Part shown: piece by piece, positions 24,875 to 35,234 of the stretch
Position numbering within the stretch: position 1 is the first letter of the stretch
Layout: each line of letters begins with the position of its first letter
NCBI GenBank assembly: GCA_045545475.1
Contig: JAZQAZ010000047.1
Location: 55,269-119,268, forward strand
Direction: 5' to 3'
Source of the DNA: Clostridia bacterium
GTDB lineage: Bacteria > Bacillota > Clostridia > CAKSNL01 > HGM11501
Length of the DNA stretch: 64,000 bases
Made by a program: the position numbers and the translations under genes
Notes under the pieces: generated by a model
What the model was told of the DNA's origin: nothing
The model's input: only the letters and a program-made list of their open reading frames with translations
Databases searched by the model: none

Positions 24875-27100
24875 ATGGAAAGTATATGGATTGATGCAGT
24901 AGAATTTAATACAAAAGGTGGATGGAAAAAGGAAAGTCAGTTTGTAAGGGAAATGGGAAGCTCATACCTTGTTGCAAATGACGTTCCGGGAACTCCCGCT
25001 GCCGATGCTGAAACTGAATTTACAGTTACCGAGGAGGGCTGGTACAGAATTTTTGCCCGCACAAAAAACTGGAAATATCCCGAAGCACCCGGTCAGTTTA
25101 CCGTAAAGGTCGACGGGGAAGAGACGGCACACACTCTTGGTAAAATGCCCATTTTATATTGGTACTGGGATCTGGCGGGTGATGTTTACTTAAAAAGCGG
25201 CAAACACAAAATCGCTCTTTCTGATAAAACCGGATGGCTTTCAAGATGTGCTGCTATAATCATAACAAACGATTTTGATTATACCCCTTCTCCCGAGGAA
25301 AAAAGATGGCAGAAAGACAGAGCGGAGATGAAGGGCATATCATTAAAAACAAAGGATTACGGAAGCTTTGATTTTGCGGTTGTGGGTGCAGGCCCCGGCG
25401 GTATTCCTGCGGCGATAAGTGCCGCGCGCCACGGACTTTCCGTTGCACTTATTTCAGGCCGTCCCACAATAGGCGGTAACGCCAGTGACGAAGGCTCCAT
25501 CGGCTTGGACGGTGCAGGCTCCCATATCAAGGGCTATCACGAAACGGGAATTGCCAACGAGATAAAAAGAGTTTACGAGGAATTTCCCGATTTTACATAT
25601 CAGTCCGCCCTTGAATACCTTGTGGAAAAGGAAAAAAACATTACCGTTTTCTTAAATGAAATCTGCATTGATGCAGAAAGTGAAAACGGCATAATTAAAA
25701 ACATAACTTTGGTTAATGCTGAAACTCTCTGCCGACATACCCTTTCTGCACCTTACTTCTGCGACTCTACGGGTGACGGATGGGTTGGTTATTTTGCAGG
25801 TGCGAAATACCGTGTGGGAAGAGAGGCAAAGCACGAATACGACGAGAATTTTGCCCATGAAGCACCTGACCTTTTAACCATGAGCGGATGTAACTGTGCT
25901 CCAGGTGTTGTAAGAAACTTTGCAGCAGAGGATACAGGCTCTCCCGTGGAATTCGTCGCTCCCGACTGGGCCATAAAGTTCCCGAAGGAGCTTTACAGAA
26001 AACCTCAGTATAAGCACACCACAGAGTGGTGGCTTGAAAACTCCAACGATTATGACGATTTGTGGGACAGCGAATTTACCCGTGATGCAATGGTGCGTCT
26101 TGGTATAGGCTATTTTGACTGGAGAAAAAATCTCTACGAAGAAAAAGAAATTTTCGCAAATTATCGTCTTACAGAACTTGCCCTTCACTTATCAAAGCGT
26201 GAAAACCGCCGTATCATAGGTGACTATGTTTTAAGCCAGAAGGACTATACCGAGCAGACCGAGTTTCCCGATGCCATAGGCTATCACGGCTGGGGAATTG
26301 ACATACACCACGTTAAAGGTATATTCTCAGGGGCAGAGGGTGCGTTTGACAGAGATAAGGGCGTTGGCGTTCCACCAAGTCCCATCCCTTACAGGTGTCT
26401 TTATTCCGTTAATATCAGAAATCTTTTCACCGCATCACGCTGCAGCTCATTTACCCATATGGCATTAGGCTCAACAAGAGTAGAATCCACCCTTGCACTA
26501 TGCGGTCAGGCTGTCGGAGCAGCGGCATATCTTTGCAAAAAGTATGAAGTATTGCCGAGGGACATTTACCTTTTCTATATAAAGGAATTACAGCAGACAT
26601 TAATATGCGATGACCAGACGATTTTGGGAGTTAAGGGCGAGGATGAAGCGGACAAGGCAAGATGTGCAACTGTTACAGCAACCAGTTTTGATAAAGAAGA
26701 GGCGGCTTTCCCCGAAAATGTTATAAACGGAGAAATCCGCTCAATCGAAAAAAATAACGCCTGGATTTCGGACAAGACAAAGGGGCTTCCTCAGAGTATT
26801 ACCCTTGAATTGCCGAAGGACGAGAAAATATCTGAAATTCACATTACTGCAGATACGGACCTTACACTTCCCAGGCACTCCTACTGGCCCGTTGAAGTAC
26901 CCTTCCTTCACACCTTAAAGGATGCGGACATTGAAATTCTTAAAGACGGCGAATGGAAAAAGATAGGCGAAATAAGAGGAAACTTTATAAGAAAAAATAA
27001 GATTGTCTTTGCACCTGAAATTGCAAAGGCGGTAAGAGTAACTGTTCTTTCTGCAAGTGGGGAAGATGTGGCAAAGATAAACGAAATAAGAATTTATTAA
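24875..27100 (+). CDS. FAD-dependent oxidoreductase with N- and C-terminal beta-sandwich domains
   Basis: VVGAGPGG...AAR, GGNAS, DSTGDG, KRENRRIIGDY and IPYRCL motifs; discoidin-like C-terminus. Confidence 0.88.
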   Translation: MESIWIDAVEFNTKGGWKKESQFVREMGSSYLVANDVPGTPAADAETEFTVTEEGWYRIFARTKNWKYPEAPGQFTVKVDGEETAHTLGKMPILYWYWDLAGDVYLKSGKHKIALSDKTGWLSRCAAIIITNDFDYTPSPEEKRWQKDRAEMKGISLKTKDYGSFDFAVVGAGPGGIPAAISAARHGLSVALISGRPTIGGNASDEGSIGLDGAGSHIKGYHETGIANEIKRVYEEFPDFTYQSALEYLVEKEKNITVFLNEICIDAESENGIIKNITLVNAETLCRHTLSAPYFCDSTGDGWVGYFAGAKYRVGREAKHEYDENFAHEAPDLLTMSGCNCAPGVVRNFAAEDTGSPVEFVAPDWAIKFPKELYRKPQYKHTTEWWLENSNDYDDLWDSEFTRDAMVRLGIGYFDWRKNLYEEKEIFANYRLTELALHLSKRENRRIIGDYVLSQKDYTEQTEFPDAIGYHGWGIDIHHVKGIFSGAEGAFDRDKGVGVPPSPIPYRCLYSVNIRNLFTASRCSSFTHMALGSTRVESTLALCGQAVGAAAYLCKKYEVLPRDIYLFYIKELQQTLICDDQTILGVKGEDEADKARCATVTATSFDKEEAAFPENVINGEIRSIEKNNAWISDKTKGLPQSITLELPKDEKISEIHITADTDLTLPRHSYWPVEVPFLHTLKDADIEILKDGEWKKIGEIRGNFIRKNKIVFAPEIAKAVRVTVLSASGEDVAKINEIRIY

Positions 27101-27103
27101 TAA

Positions 27104-27134
27104 TAAAAAAGTCAGGCACTGCCTGACTTTTTTA
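27104..27134 (+). terminator. Intrinsic terminator
   Basis: AAAAAAGTCAGGCA-C-TGCCTGACTTTTTT inverted repeat. Confidence 0.8.
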
Positions 27135-27184
27135 TTGCAATTTATACGTATTGTGCTATAATTAATAAAAAAGGGGGAATAACA

Positions 27185-27877
27185 ATGTTTGACGGAAAAA
27201 TGAAAGCGTTAACCTTCAGCTATGATGACGGTGTTACACAGGACATCCGTCTGGTTGAAATTTTCAACAAATACAACTTGAAGTGTACCTTTAACTTAAA
27301 TTCCGACTGTCTGGGAATGGAAGGAAGGCTCGAACGCCCGGAATATAATGTAAACCACACCAAGGTAAAGCCGGAGGATGTAGGGCACATCTATTCGGGG
27401 CACGAGGTGGCGGTGCACACTCTTACACATCCGAATTTGACCATTCTCTCTGATGATGAAGTAATCCGCCAGGTGGAAGAGGACAGAGTGAAGCTTTCTT
27501 ATCTTTGTGGCTACGAAGTGGTTGGTATGGCATATCCGGGCGGTCATTTTGACGACCGTGTGGTTTCTTTAATCGAAAACCATACCGGCGTTAAGTATTC
27601 AAGAGAGGTGCAAAGGACAAAAAGCTTTGAGCCCTTTACAGACCTTTACCGCTATAAGGGAACGCTTTATCATCACGTTGACTGGGATGAACTTTTTACT
27701 ATGGGTGAGGAATTTATAAACTTAAAGGCAGATACCCCGAAGGTATTTTACATCTGGGGACACGCCTATGAATTTGACATTCATCCCGAAAGATGGGAGC
27801 AGTTTGACGAGTTCTGCCGTATGATTTCAGGTAAGAGCGACATTTTCTACGGCACAAACAAAGAAATTCTTCTGTGA
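27185..27877 (+). CDS. Polysaccharide deacetylase (CE4-like)
   Basis: SYDDG, HTLTH, AYPGG and WGHAYE motifs. Confidence 0.9.
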   Translation: MFDGKMKALTFSYDDGVTQDIRLVEIFNKYNLKCTFNLNSDCLGMEGRLERPEYNVNHTKVKPEDVGHIYSGHEVAVHTLTHPNLTILSDDEVIRQVEEDRVKLSYLCGYEVVGMAYPGGHFDDRVVSLIENHTGVKYSREVQRTKSFEPFTDLYRYKGTLYHHVDWDELFTMGEEFINLKADTPKVFYIWGHAYEFDIHPERWEQFDEFCRMISGKSDIFYGTNKEILL

Positions 27878-27884
27878 GGTTACT

Positions 27885-28109
27885 ATGGAAATAAAAAAAG
27901 GAATATATAAACACTTCAAAGGAAATATGTATGAAGTTCTTGGAATGGCACTTCATTCCGAAACGGTAGAGGAAATGGTTATATATAAGGCACTCTACGG
28001 CGAAGGGAAGACCTGGGTGCGTCCTGCATCCATGTGGGATGAAGAAGTGGAATACGAGGGGAAGAAAGTAAAGCGGTTTGAGTTTATCGGAGATAAATGT
28101 GCTTTATGA
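27885..28109 (+). CDS. DUF1653 domain protein
   Basis: YKHFKG..YEV...ALHSET...VIYKALYG...WVRP. Confidence 0.92.
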   Translation: MEIKKGIYKHFKGNMYEVLGMALHSETVEEMVIYKALYGEGKTWVRPASMWDEEVEYEGKKVKRFEFIGDKCAL

Positions 28110-28126
28110 AAACGGGAAAAGAGATA

Positions 28127-28164
28127 ACAAAAAAGAAGTAAGCTAAGCTTACTTCTTTTTTGTT
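28127..28164. terminator. Bidirectional terminator
   Basis: AACAAAAAAGAAGTAAGC-TAA-GCTTACTTCTTTTTTGTT. Confidence 0.8.
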
Positions 28165-28257
28165 CGAAAGGCTTACGATTTACAAGATGATTTCTAAGTA
28201 TTATAACGGACTTCTTTAAGTCCTTATGGGCTTTTGTTTTTTATCATATGCTTCTTA

Positions 28258-29205
28258 TTACTGGAAATGATAGCCTACAGATAAGGGCCTGAAAGCGGCA
28301 CCGTTTCTTAAGATGGAACCGTCCTTAATAGAATAAGTACTGCTTGAAACTATTACCTTGCCGCTCCAGTTACCTTCGGCGGTTCTTAAAGAGTTACCGT
28401 TTCTTGAAAGAACAACAAACCAGTGTGTGGAATTGCTTACGATGATTACGTCGCCTGCTCTTATTTCATCGGGATTGTAGAAGGCGCTGCCTCCTCTGGG
28501 AGAGCTTTTGCCGAATACATACTTTACGAAGTCGGCAGCATAGGCAGCACACCCCTTGGAGCCGTAACTGGAAATTTTAGGTCTCTGGGATGCTGACCAG
28601 GTAGTGCCGTTGCTGAATCCGGCTTTGTTTATAAATTCGTTTACCTTTGCGTTGTAGGAAGAAGAACCTGAGGAAACCGCAGTGTTTGCAGTATTGTTGG
28701 AAGAAGTTTTCTTTTTAACAAGACGGATTCTTATTGCCTCAATCGCTCTGCTCTTGCCGACAGTTCCTGCGATCTGGTCTTCGCCTACAAAATTGTGCCA
28801 TCCTTCATAAGCAACGTGAACGGAATATTCAACCGTGTAGTACTTGGCGATTTCGCCCTTAAGACGGATTTTTATCGCCTCTAAACGAAGGCTCTTGCCG
28901 GAAGAACCGCCCATTTCATAGTTGGAGCGATAGCGGGTATCCCAACCACGGTTCTGAATGTGAGTGTTATATTCGATGGAACCGCTCATACCGGAAATCT
29001 TTATCCAGATGGCTTCCATTCTGAGTCCCTGACCTGTGGTACCGCATATTGCACCGTTTTTTACTTCGGGCAATGTTCCTTTGTTCTGTACGTGAGCTTT
29101 ATAGGTTACAGAGGGAGTTGCAGCATCTGCCACTGAGGGGAGTGCACATACGGAAAGTATGGTTGCGATTGTTAAAACAAGGGATATGATTTTCTTTAAT
29201 TTCAT
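28258..29205 (-). CDS. Secreted protein with ChW (clostridial hydrophobic W) repeats and CHAP-like C-terminal domain
   Basis: Signal peptide; three Y..HVQN.GW...G.G..LEAI.I repeats; GCAAYA...GD...HW...AEGN. Confidence 0.82.
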   Translation of the reverse strand: MKLKKIISLVLTIATILSVCALPSVADAATPSVTYKAHVQNKGTLPEVKNGAICGTTGQGLRMEAIWIKISGMSGSIEYNTHIQNRGWDTRYRSNYEMGGSSGKSLRLEAIKIRLKGEIAKYYTVEYSVHVAYEGWHNFVGEDQIAGTVGKSRAIEAIRIRLVKKKTSSNNTANTAVSSGSSSYNAKVNEFINKAGFSNGTTWSASQRPKISSYGSKGCAAYAADFVKYVFGKSSPRGGSAFYNPDEIRAGDVIIVSNSTHWFVVLSRNGNSLRTAEGNWSGKVIVSSSTYSIKDGSILRNGAAFRPLSVGYHFQ

Positions 29206-29350
29206 TTTTTTTACCTCTTTCTTTTTGATTTTTTAATTTTTTATATTTTTGACTGTGAGTAAATGTTTCGGTGGGCAGCCGATTAAGCCCCGATCATTCC
29301 TTTGCTGTTTATTTTTATGGGGAAGATTCATGAAAGACTGATTTTATTTC

Positions 29351-32300
29351 TCAGGAAGGGTGACTTCCTCCTTTCTTTGAAGCAAACTTCTTGAAAAAGT
29401 CTCTTAATCTGTATACACTTTTTATACAAGGGGAAAGCTCCGTTTGCTTTCCTAAAAGATATGAGATATATTCGCGCTCGGAAGAAAGCCGTTTGGTTGT
29501 GCGAGCCTTTTCTCCGTAAATCTCTTTTGCAAGGATTATGGCTTCGGAGAAATAAGCAGAAGCTTCTTCTAAATTTCCGATTTTTCTGGAAACATCGCCA
29601 AGAGAACTCAAAATGGAGAGCATACGCTTTTTGTTTTTCGATGAGTATGCTTTTTCAGTTTCCTTTGCTTTGAGATAGTAGGATTTTGCGGATTTAAGTG
29701 AGCCTTCGTCTTCTGCGATTCTTCCGAGATAAATAAGTACACATGCTGTGCGGCTGTTTAGTTTGCCGTATAGATTATATACATAGAGAGCGGAAGCAAA
29801 ATAATCCTTGGCGTAGGCGGGATTGCTCTGGTAAACCTGAATTTTGCCCCAGGCAAAATCCAGGTCAGCCAGAATAAGGTGCAATCCCGGTTTTATGGTG
29901 GAAAAACCCTTAGAAGCTTTATTAAGAAATGTTGCTCCACGGCCACAATCTCCGGAATCAATCAGTGCTTCTCCGAGTCTTAAGGCGGATAAAGCGGTGA
30001 GATAATCGTATGGACCGAAAAGAGCTTTCCTTACGGTGTATGCGGAAGTGAAGTGCTCTGCGGCAGCAGTATGCCTTCCGTTAATTGAGCAAAGCCGTCC
30101 CAGTATGTGTTCTGCTTCGGCAACGGTTTTGCTTTTGCTGCCGTAAAGATTTTTTGAAATGTCAAGGTGCCTGCGAATATATTTTATGGCAAGTGAAATG
30201 TCGCCTTCGCCTTTTTTTAGAAGGGCAATGTTTTTATATACTGTAGATAATAAGGGAAGACTTAGATGCGAAAGTCGTAATATCTTTTCTGCATCAAAAA
30301 GATATTTGCAAGCTTTTTCAAATAGCGTCAGTTTAACTGCACTTTCGCCTGCCACATTAAGAGCAGCTGCAAAGAGTAGGGTGGGTACTGCACCCGGTGC
30401 ATTAAGTATCTTTACGGCATATGAGCTTGCGTTGAAGGACTCCTCGTAATTACCCGAAGCTGAAAGGAATTTTGCAAAATTTAATAGTATTTCGGCACTG
30501 TCTGCTGTTTTTGGTTCCAACTTTTTTAATGAATAAGACAAGGAAGCAATGACGGTAGCAATGGAATTTGTACGGTAGCCGTCTGTGAAAACGAAGTCTG
30601 ACATTCCTCTTGAAACAGATAAAAGCATAGGAAGAATAAGCATTTCCTTGTTTTGCTGGGCATCAAGGATGTACTCTTTGACTGAGGAGGATAAGGTAAG
30701 AAGGTAATTTTGGGGGTTTGAAGAAATGATACCTTTGGAAATGAGTGCTTTGATAGAAGAAAAGTTTTCGAGGGAAAGCTTTTCAGAAAGAAGATCGGGT
30801 AAAATGCCTGTTTTTCCGAAAAGTGATAGATTGAGAAGAATGTATTTCTCGTTATCTGTGAGTGGAAAAACCTTAAAAAATGCTTTGTGAAAATTTCTTC
30901 CGGTATCCGTCAGGCTGTTTATAATCTCATTGAAAATTACACTGGGGGTTCTTTTGGATGCAGATACTGCCTTGCCGAGTATTACGGCTGATTCTGCAAG
31001 ATTATCTACCATGGAAAAAATTACTCGTAAAGAAGTCTCTTCATCCTTAGACAAAGTCTTTTCATAATAATGATAAAATATGTCGACAAGTGAAGCTGTT
31101 TCTCTTATCGGGGGAAGCTCATAGCTGAAAAAGTCAGGCATATCTTTGGGATTTTCACCTGTTATGATGATTTTTGCAGGTAATGATAAGAGAAAGGACA
31201 AATCATCACTCTCATGAAGATTCTCTTTGTCAATAATTATTATAGTATCAGAGTCAGCTTTCTGAGCAATCATCTTCTTTTTGCGGGCAAGATAATCCGA
31301 GGTGTTCTCGTGCTCAAAAGGTGATATGCCGCTTATCGGAAAAATTTTATCATCCCTTAAATCCATGGTTAGAGGTGCTGCTGAATTTACATATATTACA
31401 GCGTTGTATAAATTTCGATAAGCCTTTACATAAGAGAGTAGTAGAGAGGTTTTGCCTTCTCCTTTTTTACCGTAAAGGTAAATCTTATTGTGCATTTTGA
31501 AAAGTTCATGGATCACGGAAATTTCATTGTCTCGACCTGTATGAAAATCTGTGAAGTCAGGCTCAGAAGAAAGCAGGTGAAAATCCTTTGGATTTAAATA
31601 GGCGAGAATTTTATCTATCTGGCTTATAAGTTCTCCGACAGTTTTGTAACGATCTTCGGGATTTGCAGCCAGGGTTTTGGTGAAAAGCTCTGAGATCAAA
31701 GGAAAAGACTTTGGGTCGGCATCCTTGAAAATGGGCAAGTCGGCAAAGGTATAAACTGAGAAGCGGTGCCTTTCGGAAGGAAGAGAATGGCGGGATAACA
31801 TTTTGTAAAATATTATTTCGCCAAGGGAAAATATGTCGCACTCTGCTCCTAACTTTTTTGCCTCCTCCGGAAGCAACATTTCAGGTGCCCTAAAGGCACT
31901 GCTTACGGAAGAGAGGGAAGAAAGCAGTACGTTTTCTTTCAAAGAGATACTGTCGGTTTCAAAAATCATCACGACATCGGGATTTTCTGGAAGAGTCATA
32001 ATACATTCAGGTTTTAATCCCAGGTGTAAAAGCCCTTTGAAATGGAAACGCTCCAAAGAAAGAGCAATGGATTTTGCACGTCTCATAAGGTCGTAAAGAG
32101 AATTTTCGCTTATTCTGTCATAGGTTAGGCCTCCGATACATGACATTCCTCTGTACATTGTACCGTTTGAAGAAAATGTTTTTTCTTCCCGAGAGAATGC
32201 TTTGCTGTTAAGTTTTAAAAGAAAGCTTTGCTTCTGCTTTTCTGTAAAGCTTCTCATGCCTTCTCTAAAGTCCTGAGCATCGCTTTTGTCAATGGGAAAT

Positions 32301-32503
32301 AGTGTGCCTTCGCTGTTTCTTGAAAGAATAAGTGAATCAGGATTATATTCCTTTAATAAATACTTCTTCTTTTCTCCGTTTTCGTTATATTCTGCAAAAT
32401 ATAAAACGCAGGATAAATCGATTCCGGCGAGGGATTTTATTTCGTAAAATCCTTTTGAATTTTTGGGGCGAACAATATCGCCCGGCTTTAAGTATCTGTC
32501 CAT
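29351..32503 (-). CDS. Pseudokinase + P-loop (NB-ARC/STAND-like) NTPase + TPR-repeat protein
   Basis: Kinase fold (LLKEY, HLGLKPEC, APE, DIFSLG); Walker A GKKGEGKT; C-terminal ~42-aa TPR-like repeats. Confidence 0.8.
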   Translation of the reverse strand: MDRYLKPGDIVRPKNSKGFYEIKSLAGIDLSCVLYFAEYNENGEKKKYLLKEYNPDSLILSRNSEGTLFPIDKSDAQDFREGMRSFTEKQKQSFLLKLNSKAFSREEKTFSSNGTMYRGMSCIGGLTYDRISENSLYDLMRRAKSIALSLERFHFKGLLHLGLKPECIMTLPENPDVVMIFETDSISLKENVLLSSLSSVSSAFRAPEMLLPEEAKKLGAECDIFSLGEIIFYKMLSRHSLPSERHRFSVYTFADLPIFKDADPKSFPLISELFTKTLAANPEDRYKTVGELISQIDKILAYLNPKDFHLLSSEPDFTDFHTGRDNEISVIHELFKMHNKIYLYGKKGEGKTSLLLSYVKAYRNLYNAVIYVNSAAPLTMDLRDDKIFPISGISPFEHENTSDYLARKKKMIAQKADSDTIIIIDKENLHESDDLSFLLSLPAKIIITGENPKDMPDFFSYELPPIRETASLVDIFYHYYEKTLSKDEETSLRVIFSMVDNLAESAVILGKAVSASKRTPSVIFNEIINSLTDTGRNFHKAFFKVFPLTDNEKYILLNLSLFGKTGILPDLLSEKLSLENFSSIKALISKGIISSNPQNYLLTLSSSVKEYILDAQQNKEMLILPMLLSVSRGMSDFVFTDGYRTNSIATVIASLSYSLKKLEPKTADSAEILLNFAKFLSASGNYEESFNASSYAVKILNAPGAVPTLLFAAALNVAGESAVKLTLFEKACKYLFDAEKILRLSHLSLPLLSTVYKNIALLKKGEGDISLAIKYIRRHLDISKNLYGSKSKTVAEAEHILGRLCSINGRHTAAAEHFTSAYTVRKALFGPYDYLTALSALRLGEALIDSGDCGRGATFLNKASKGFSTIKPGLHLILADLDFAWGKIQVYQSNPAYAKDYFASALYVYNLYGKLNSRTACVLIYLGRIAEDEGSLKSAKSYYLKAKETEKAYSSKNKKRMLSILSSLGDVSRKIGNLEEASAYFSEAIILAKEIYGEKARTTKRLSSEREYISYLLGKQTELSPCIKSVYRLRDFFKKFASKKGGSHPS

Positions 32504-32642
32504 TTTTGTTAACCTCCTTTTTTAGTTTACACTGATTTTTTACCATAAAAGGGACTATAAGTACAGGTATCGAAAAAAACACCTCTGAAACGTCGATGGT
32601 TTGATGTTTCAAAGGTGTTTTTTAAAAATTATAATAAAATAT

Positions 32643-32671
32643 AAAAGCCGGTGAAATTCACCGGCTTTTTT
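32643..32671 (-). terminator. Intrinsic terminator
   Basis: AAAAGCCGGTGA/TCACCGGCTTTT inverted repeat after the 32673 stop. Confidence 0.75.
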
Positions 32672-32672
32672 G

Positions 32673-33905
32673 TTATCTTTTTCTTCTTATTGTGTACTTG
32701 TGGTCTTCGCCGTGTACTCTCTTTAACCATTCACCGTTTGTAAAGTCGGGAATGCCAACTGCGTGACCTGTTGCAATGGATTCTTCGGAAAGTGCGGATA
32801 TGCACATTACGGAAGCAGCATCGTAAACGTCAATGGGGCTTTCCCATCCGTTCTGAACACAGTTTACGAATGCGGAGAAAACAAGACCGTCAATTCCGCC
32901 GTGACCGCCTGATATGTTGGCGGGATCCTGCCAGAGGGGATGATCGCTTTCGCCGTTATACTGCTCGGCGTTTCTTAAAAGACCTTTAGAGCTCCATTCG
33001 CACTTATGGTGTTCAGGGTTATTGTCAAAGTAGAACAAGTCACCGTTTTCGGTGTAATAAGCCTTTGTTCCGTGAACGGCAAAGTCTCTTGAATAGCAAC
33101 GCGGAAGGGTTGTTTCAAGGTTAAGTGTAATTGTTTCGCCGTGAGCACACTTGATAATTGTTGTAACAACGTCGCCCTGCATAACATCGTGACCGATAAT
33201 AGAATCAGCACCGTGACCGGTTTCTTCGGAATAAGCACGAAGACCTTTAGCGCAGGATGCAACGGAAACAAGGCTTACCATACGGTTTCCGTCGTTAACT
33301 CCTAAAATTTTGCAGATGGGAAGAAGTTCGTGTGTTGGGTAGTTATCGCAGTTACGGTTAAGGTAATTACGGAGACGATAATGACCAAGCTCCTTACCTC
33401 TTGCGATTTCGTTACGAAGGTCGTGACGGTAACCGCCTTCACAGTGAACAACTTCACCGAAAAGTCCCTTGTTAACCATATCGAGAAGCATAAGCTCACG
33501 ACGGCCGTAACAGCAGTTTTCCATCATCATAAAGAATGTGCCTGTCTCTTCCTGGGTATGTACAAGTCTGAAGCATTCGTCAACAGAGTATGCACCGCCA
33601 ACCTCCATTGCTGTGGGCTTTCCTGCCTTCATTGCATCAATTGCAATTGTTGCATGGGATTCCCATGCGGAAGCAATCATAACTGCCTCAACTTCGGGAT
33701 CGTTTAATATTTCGTGATAGTCTGTGGTAGACTTAGGAACGGGACGATTTCTTTCGGTAAGAATTCTCTCCATTTTTTCTATCTTCTTAGGATCGATGTC
33801 GCACATTGCAACAATTTCAACATCGTCACGTCCGGGTAAGTTGTGTCCAACCCATCCTTCGCCTCGGAGACCAAGTCCGATAAAACCAAGTTTTAATTTA
33901 GCCAT
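32673..33905 (-). CDS. Gfo/Idh/MocA family, GH109-like NAD-dependent alpha-N-acetylgalactosaminidase
   Basis: GFIGLGLRG, MEVGGA, ENCCY, YPTH and GGHGGID motifs. Confidence 0.85.
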   Translation of the reverse strand: MAKLKLGFIGLGLRGEGWVGHNLPGRDDVEIVAMCDIDPKKIEKMERILTERNRPVPKSTTDYHEILNDPEVEAVMIASAWESHATIAIDAMKAGKPTAMEVGGAYSVDECFRLVHTQEETGTFFMMMENCCYGRRELMLLDMVNKGLFGEVVHCEGGYRHDLRNEIARGKELGHYRLRNYLNRNCDNYPTHELLPICKILGVNDGNRMVSLVSVASCAKGLRAYSEETGHGADSIIGHDVMQGDVVTTIIKCAHGETITLNLETTLPRCYSRDFAVHGTKAYYTENGDLFYFDNNPEHHKCEWSSKGLLRNAEQYNGESDHPLWQDPANISGGHGGIDGLVFSAFVNCVQNGWESPIDVYDAASVMCISALSEESIATGHAVGIPDFTNGEWLKRVHGEDHKYTIRRKR

Positions 33906-34013
33906 TTATATCAATCCTTTCATGTAAACTATGATTTACAAATCCTATTATATATGATAAATTTCTTTATTGCAATACGAAATCGGATAAAAACCTATGA
34001 TTTTGGCTACTTT

Positions 34014-35234
34014 TTATAAACTGTAAAGCGTTTTTTCTTTTTCTTTACGGCAAAGCCATATGCCGTTTGTAAAGTCGGGGATACCTACGGGCATGCCTGT
34101 TGCAATGGATTCATCCGAAAGTGCGGTAATGCACATTGCAGATGCCGCATCGTAAACGTCAACGGGACTTTCCCAACCGTTTTTTATAGACTGGGCAAAA
34201 GCGGATAAAACAAGACCGTCCATACCGCCGTGACCGCCCGTGAGACCTTCTTTTAGTGTTTTTTTCCAGAGAGGATGGTCATATTCAGAGTAAAAGTCTT
34301 CTATATTGCCGTAAAAATCCTTATGAGCTTCGGATTTGTGATGCTCCGGGATGTTATCAAAATAGAATGAATCGCCGTTTTCCGTAAATATTCCCTTTGT
34401 TCCGTGAACGGAAAGGTCACGGCTGTAAAAACGGGGAAGGGTTGTTTCAAGGTTAAGATGTATTGTTTCACCGTGGGCACACTTTATAATTGTTGTAACA
34501 ACGTCGCCGTGCATAGCACCGTAAGGAAGAATATCTTCTGTGCCAAAGCCGGTTTCTTTTGAATAATGTATAAGCCCCTTGGCAGGAGATGCCGCGGAAT
34601 AAAGACTTACCATACGGTTACCGTTATTTATGTCCAAAAGCTTGAATATGGGGATAAGTGCGTGGGTGGGATAAGTATCGCAGTTGCGGTTTAAGTAGTT
34701 GCGGAGGCGGTAATGCTTTAATTCACGGGCACGCGCCAGGGAATTACGAAGGTCGTGACAGTACCCACCGGAGCAATGAACAATATCTCCGAAAAGGTTT
34801 TGCCTCGCCATATTAAGAAGTATCATTTCGGTTCTTCCGTAGCAACAGTTTTCAAGCATCATAAAAAATGTGCCTGTTTCTTCCCAAGTATGTACTAATC
34901 TAAAGCAGTCATTTACGCTGTATGCACCGCCCACTTCAAGACCGACGGGCATACCTGCCTTCATGCATTCTATTGCGATGGGAATGTGTGATTCCCAGTC
35001 GGTTGAAATGATAACAGCTTCAACTTCGCTATCCTTTAATATATCGTGGAAATCTGTGGTCGCCTTCGGGTTAAAGCCCTTTGCACCTATTTTTGCCGAA
35101 GCGGCTTCGAGCTTTTCTGAATCAATATCGCATATCCAGCGAAGGGAAACATCCTCACGGGCAAGTATGCATCCGTGAAGCCAGTAGTCACCACGCCTTC
35201 CCATTCCGATAAAGCCGATTTTAAATTTATCCAT
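34014..35234 (-). CDS. Gfo/Idh/MocA family, GH109-like (tandem paralogue)
   Basis: Same motifs (ENCCY, YPTH, GGHGGMD); long peptide blocks identical to the neighbour. Confidence 0.85.
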   Translation of the reverse strand: MDKFKIGFIGMGRRGDYWLHGCILAREDVSLRWICDIDSEKLEAASAKIGAKGFNPKATTDFHDILKDSEVEAVIISTDWESHIPIAIECMKAGMPVGLEVGGAYSVNDCFRLVHTWEETGTFFMMLENCCYGRTEMILLNMARQNLFGDIVHCSGGYCHDLRNSLARARELKHYRLRNYLNRNCDTYPTHALIPIFKLLDINNGNRMVSLYSAASPAKGLIHYSKETGFGTEDILPYGAMHGDVVTTIIKCAHGETIHLNLETTLPRFYSRDLSVHGTKGIFTENGDSFYFDNIPEHHKSEAHKDFYGNIEDFYSEYDHPLWKKTLKEGLTGGHGGMDGLVLSAFAQSIKNGWESPVDVYDAASAMCITALSDESIATGMPVGIPDFTNGIWLCRKEKEKTLYSL

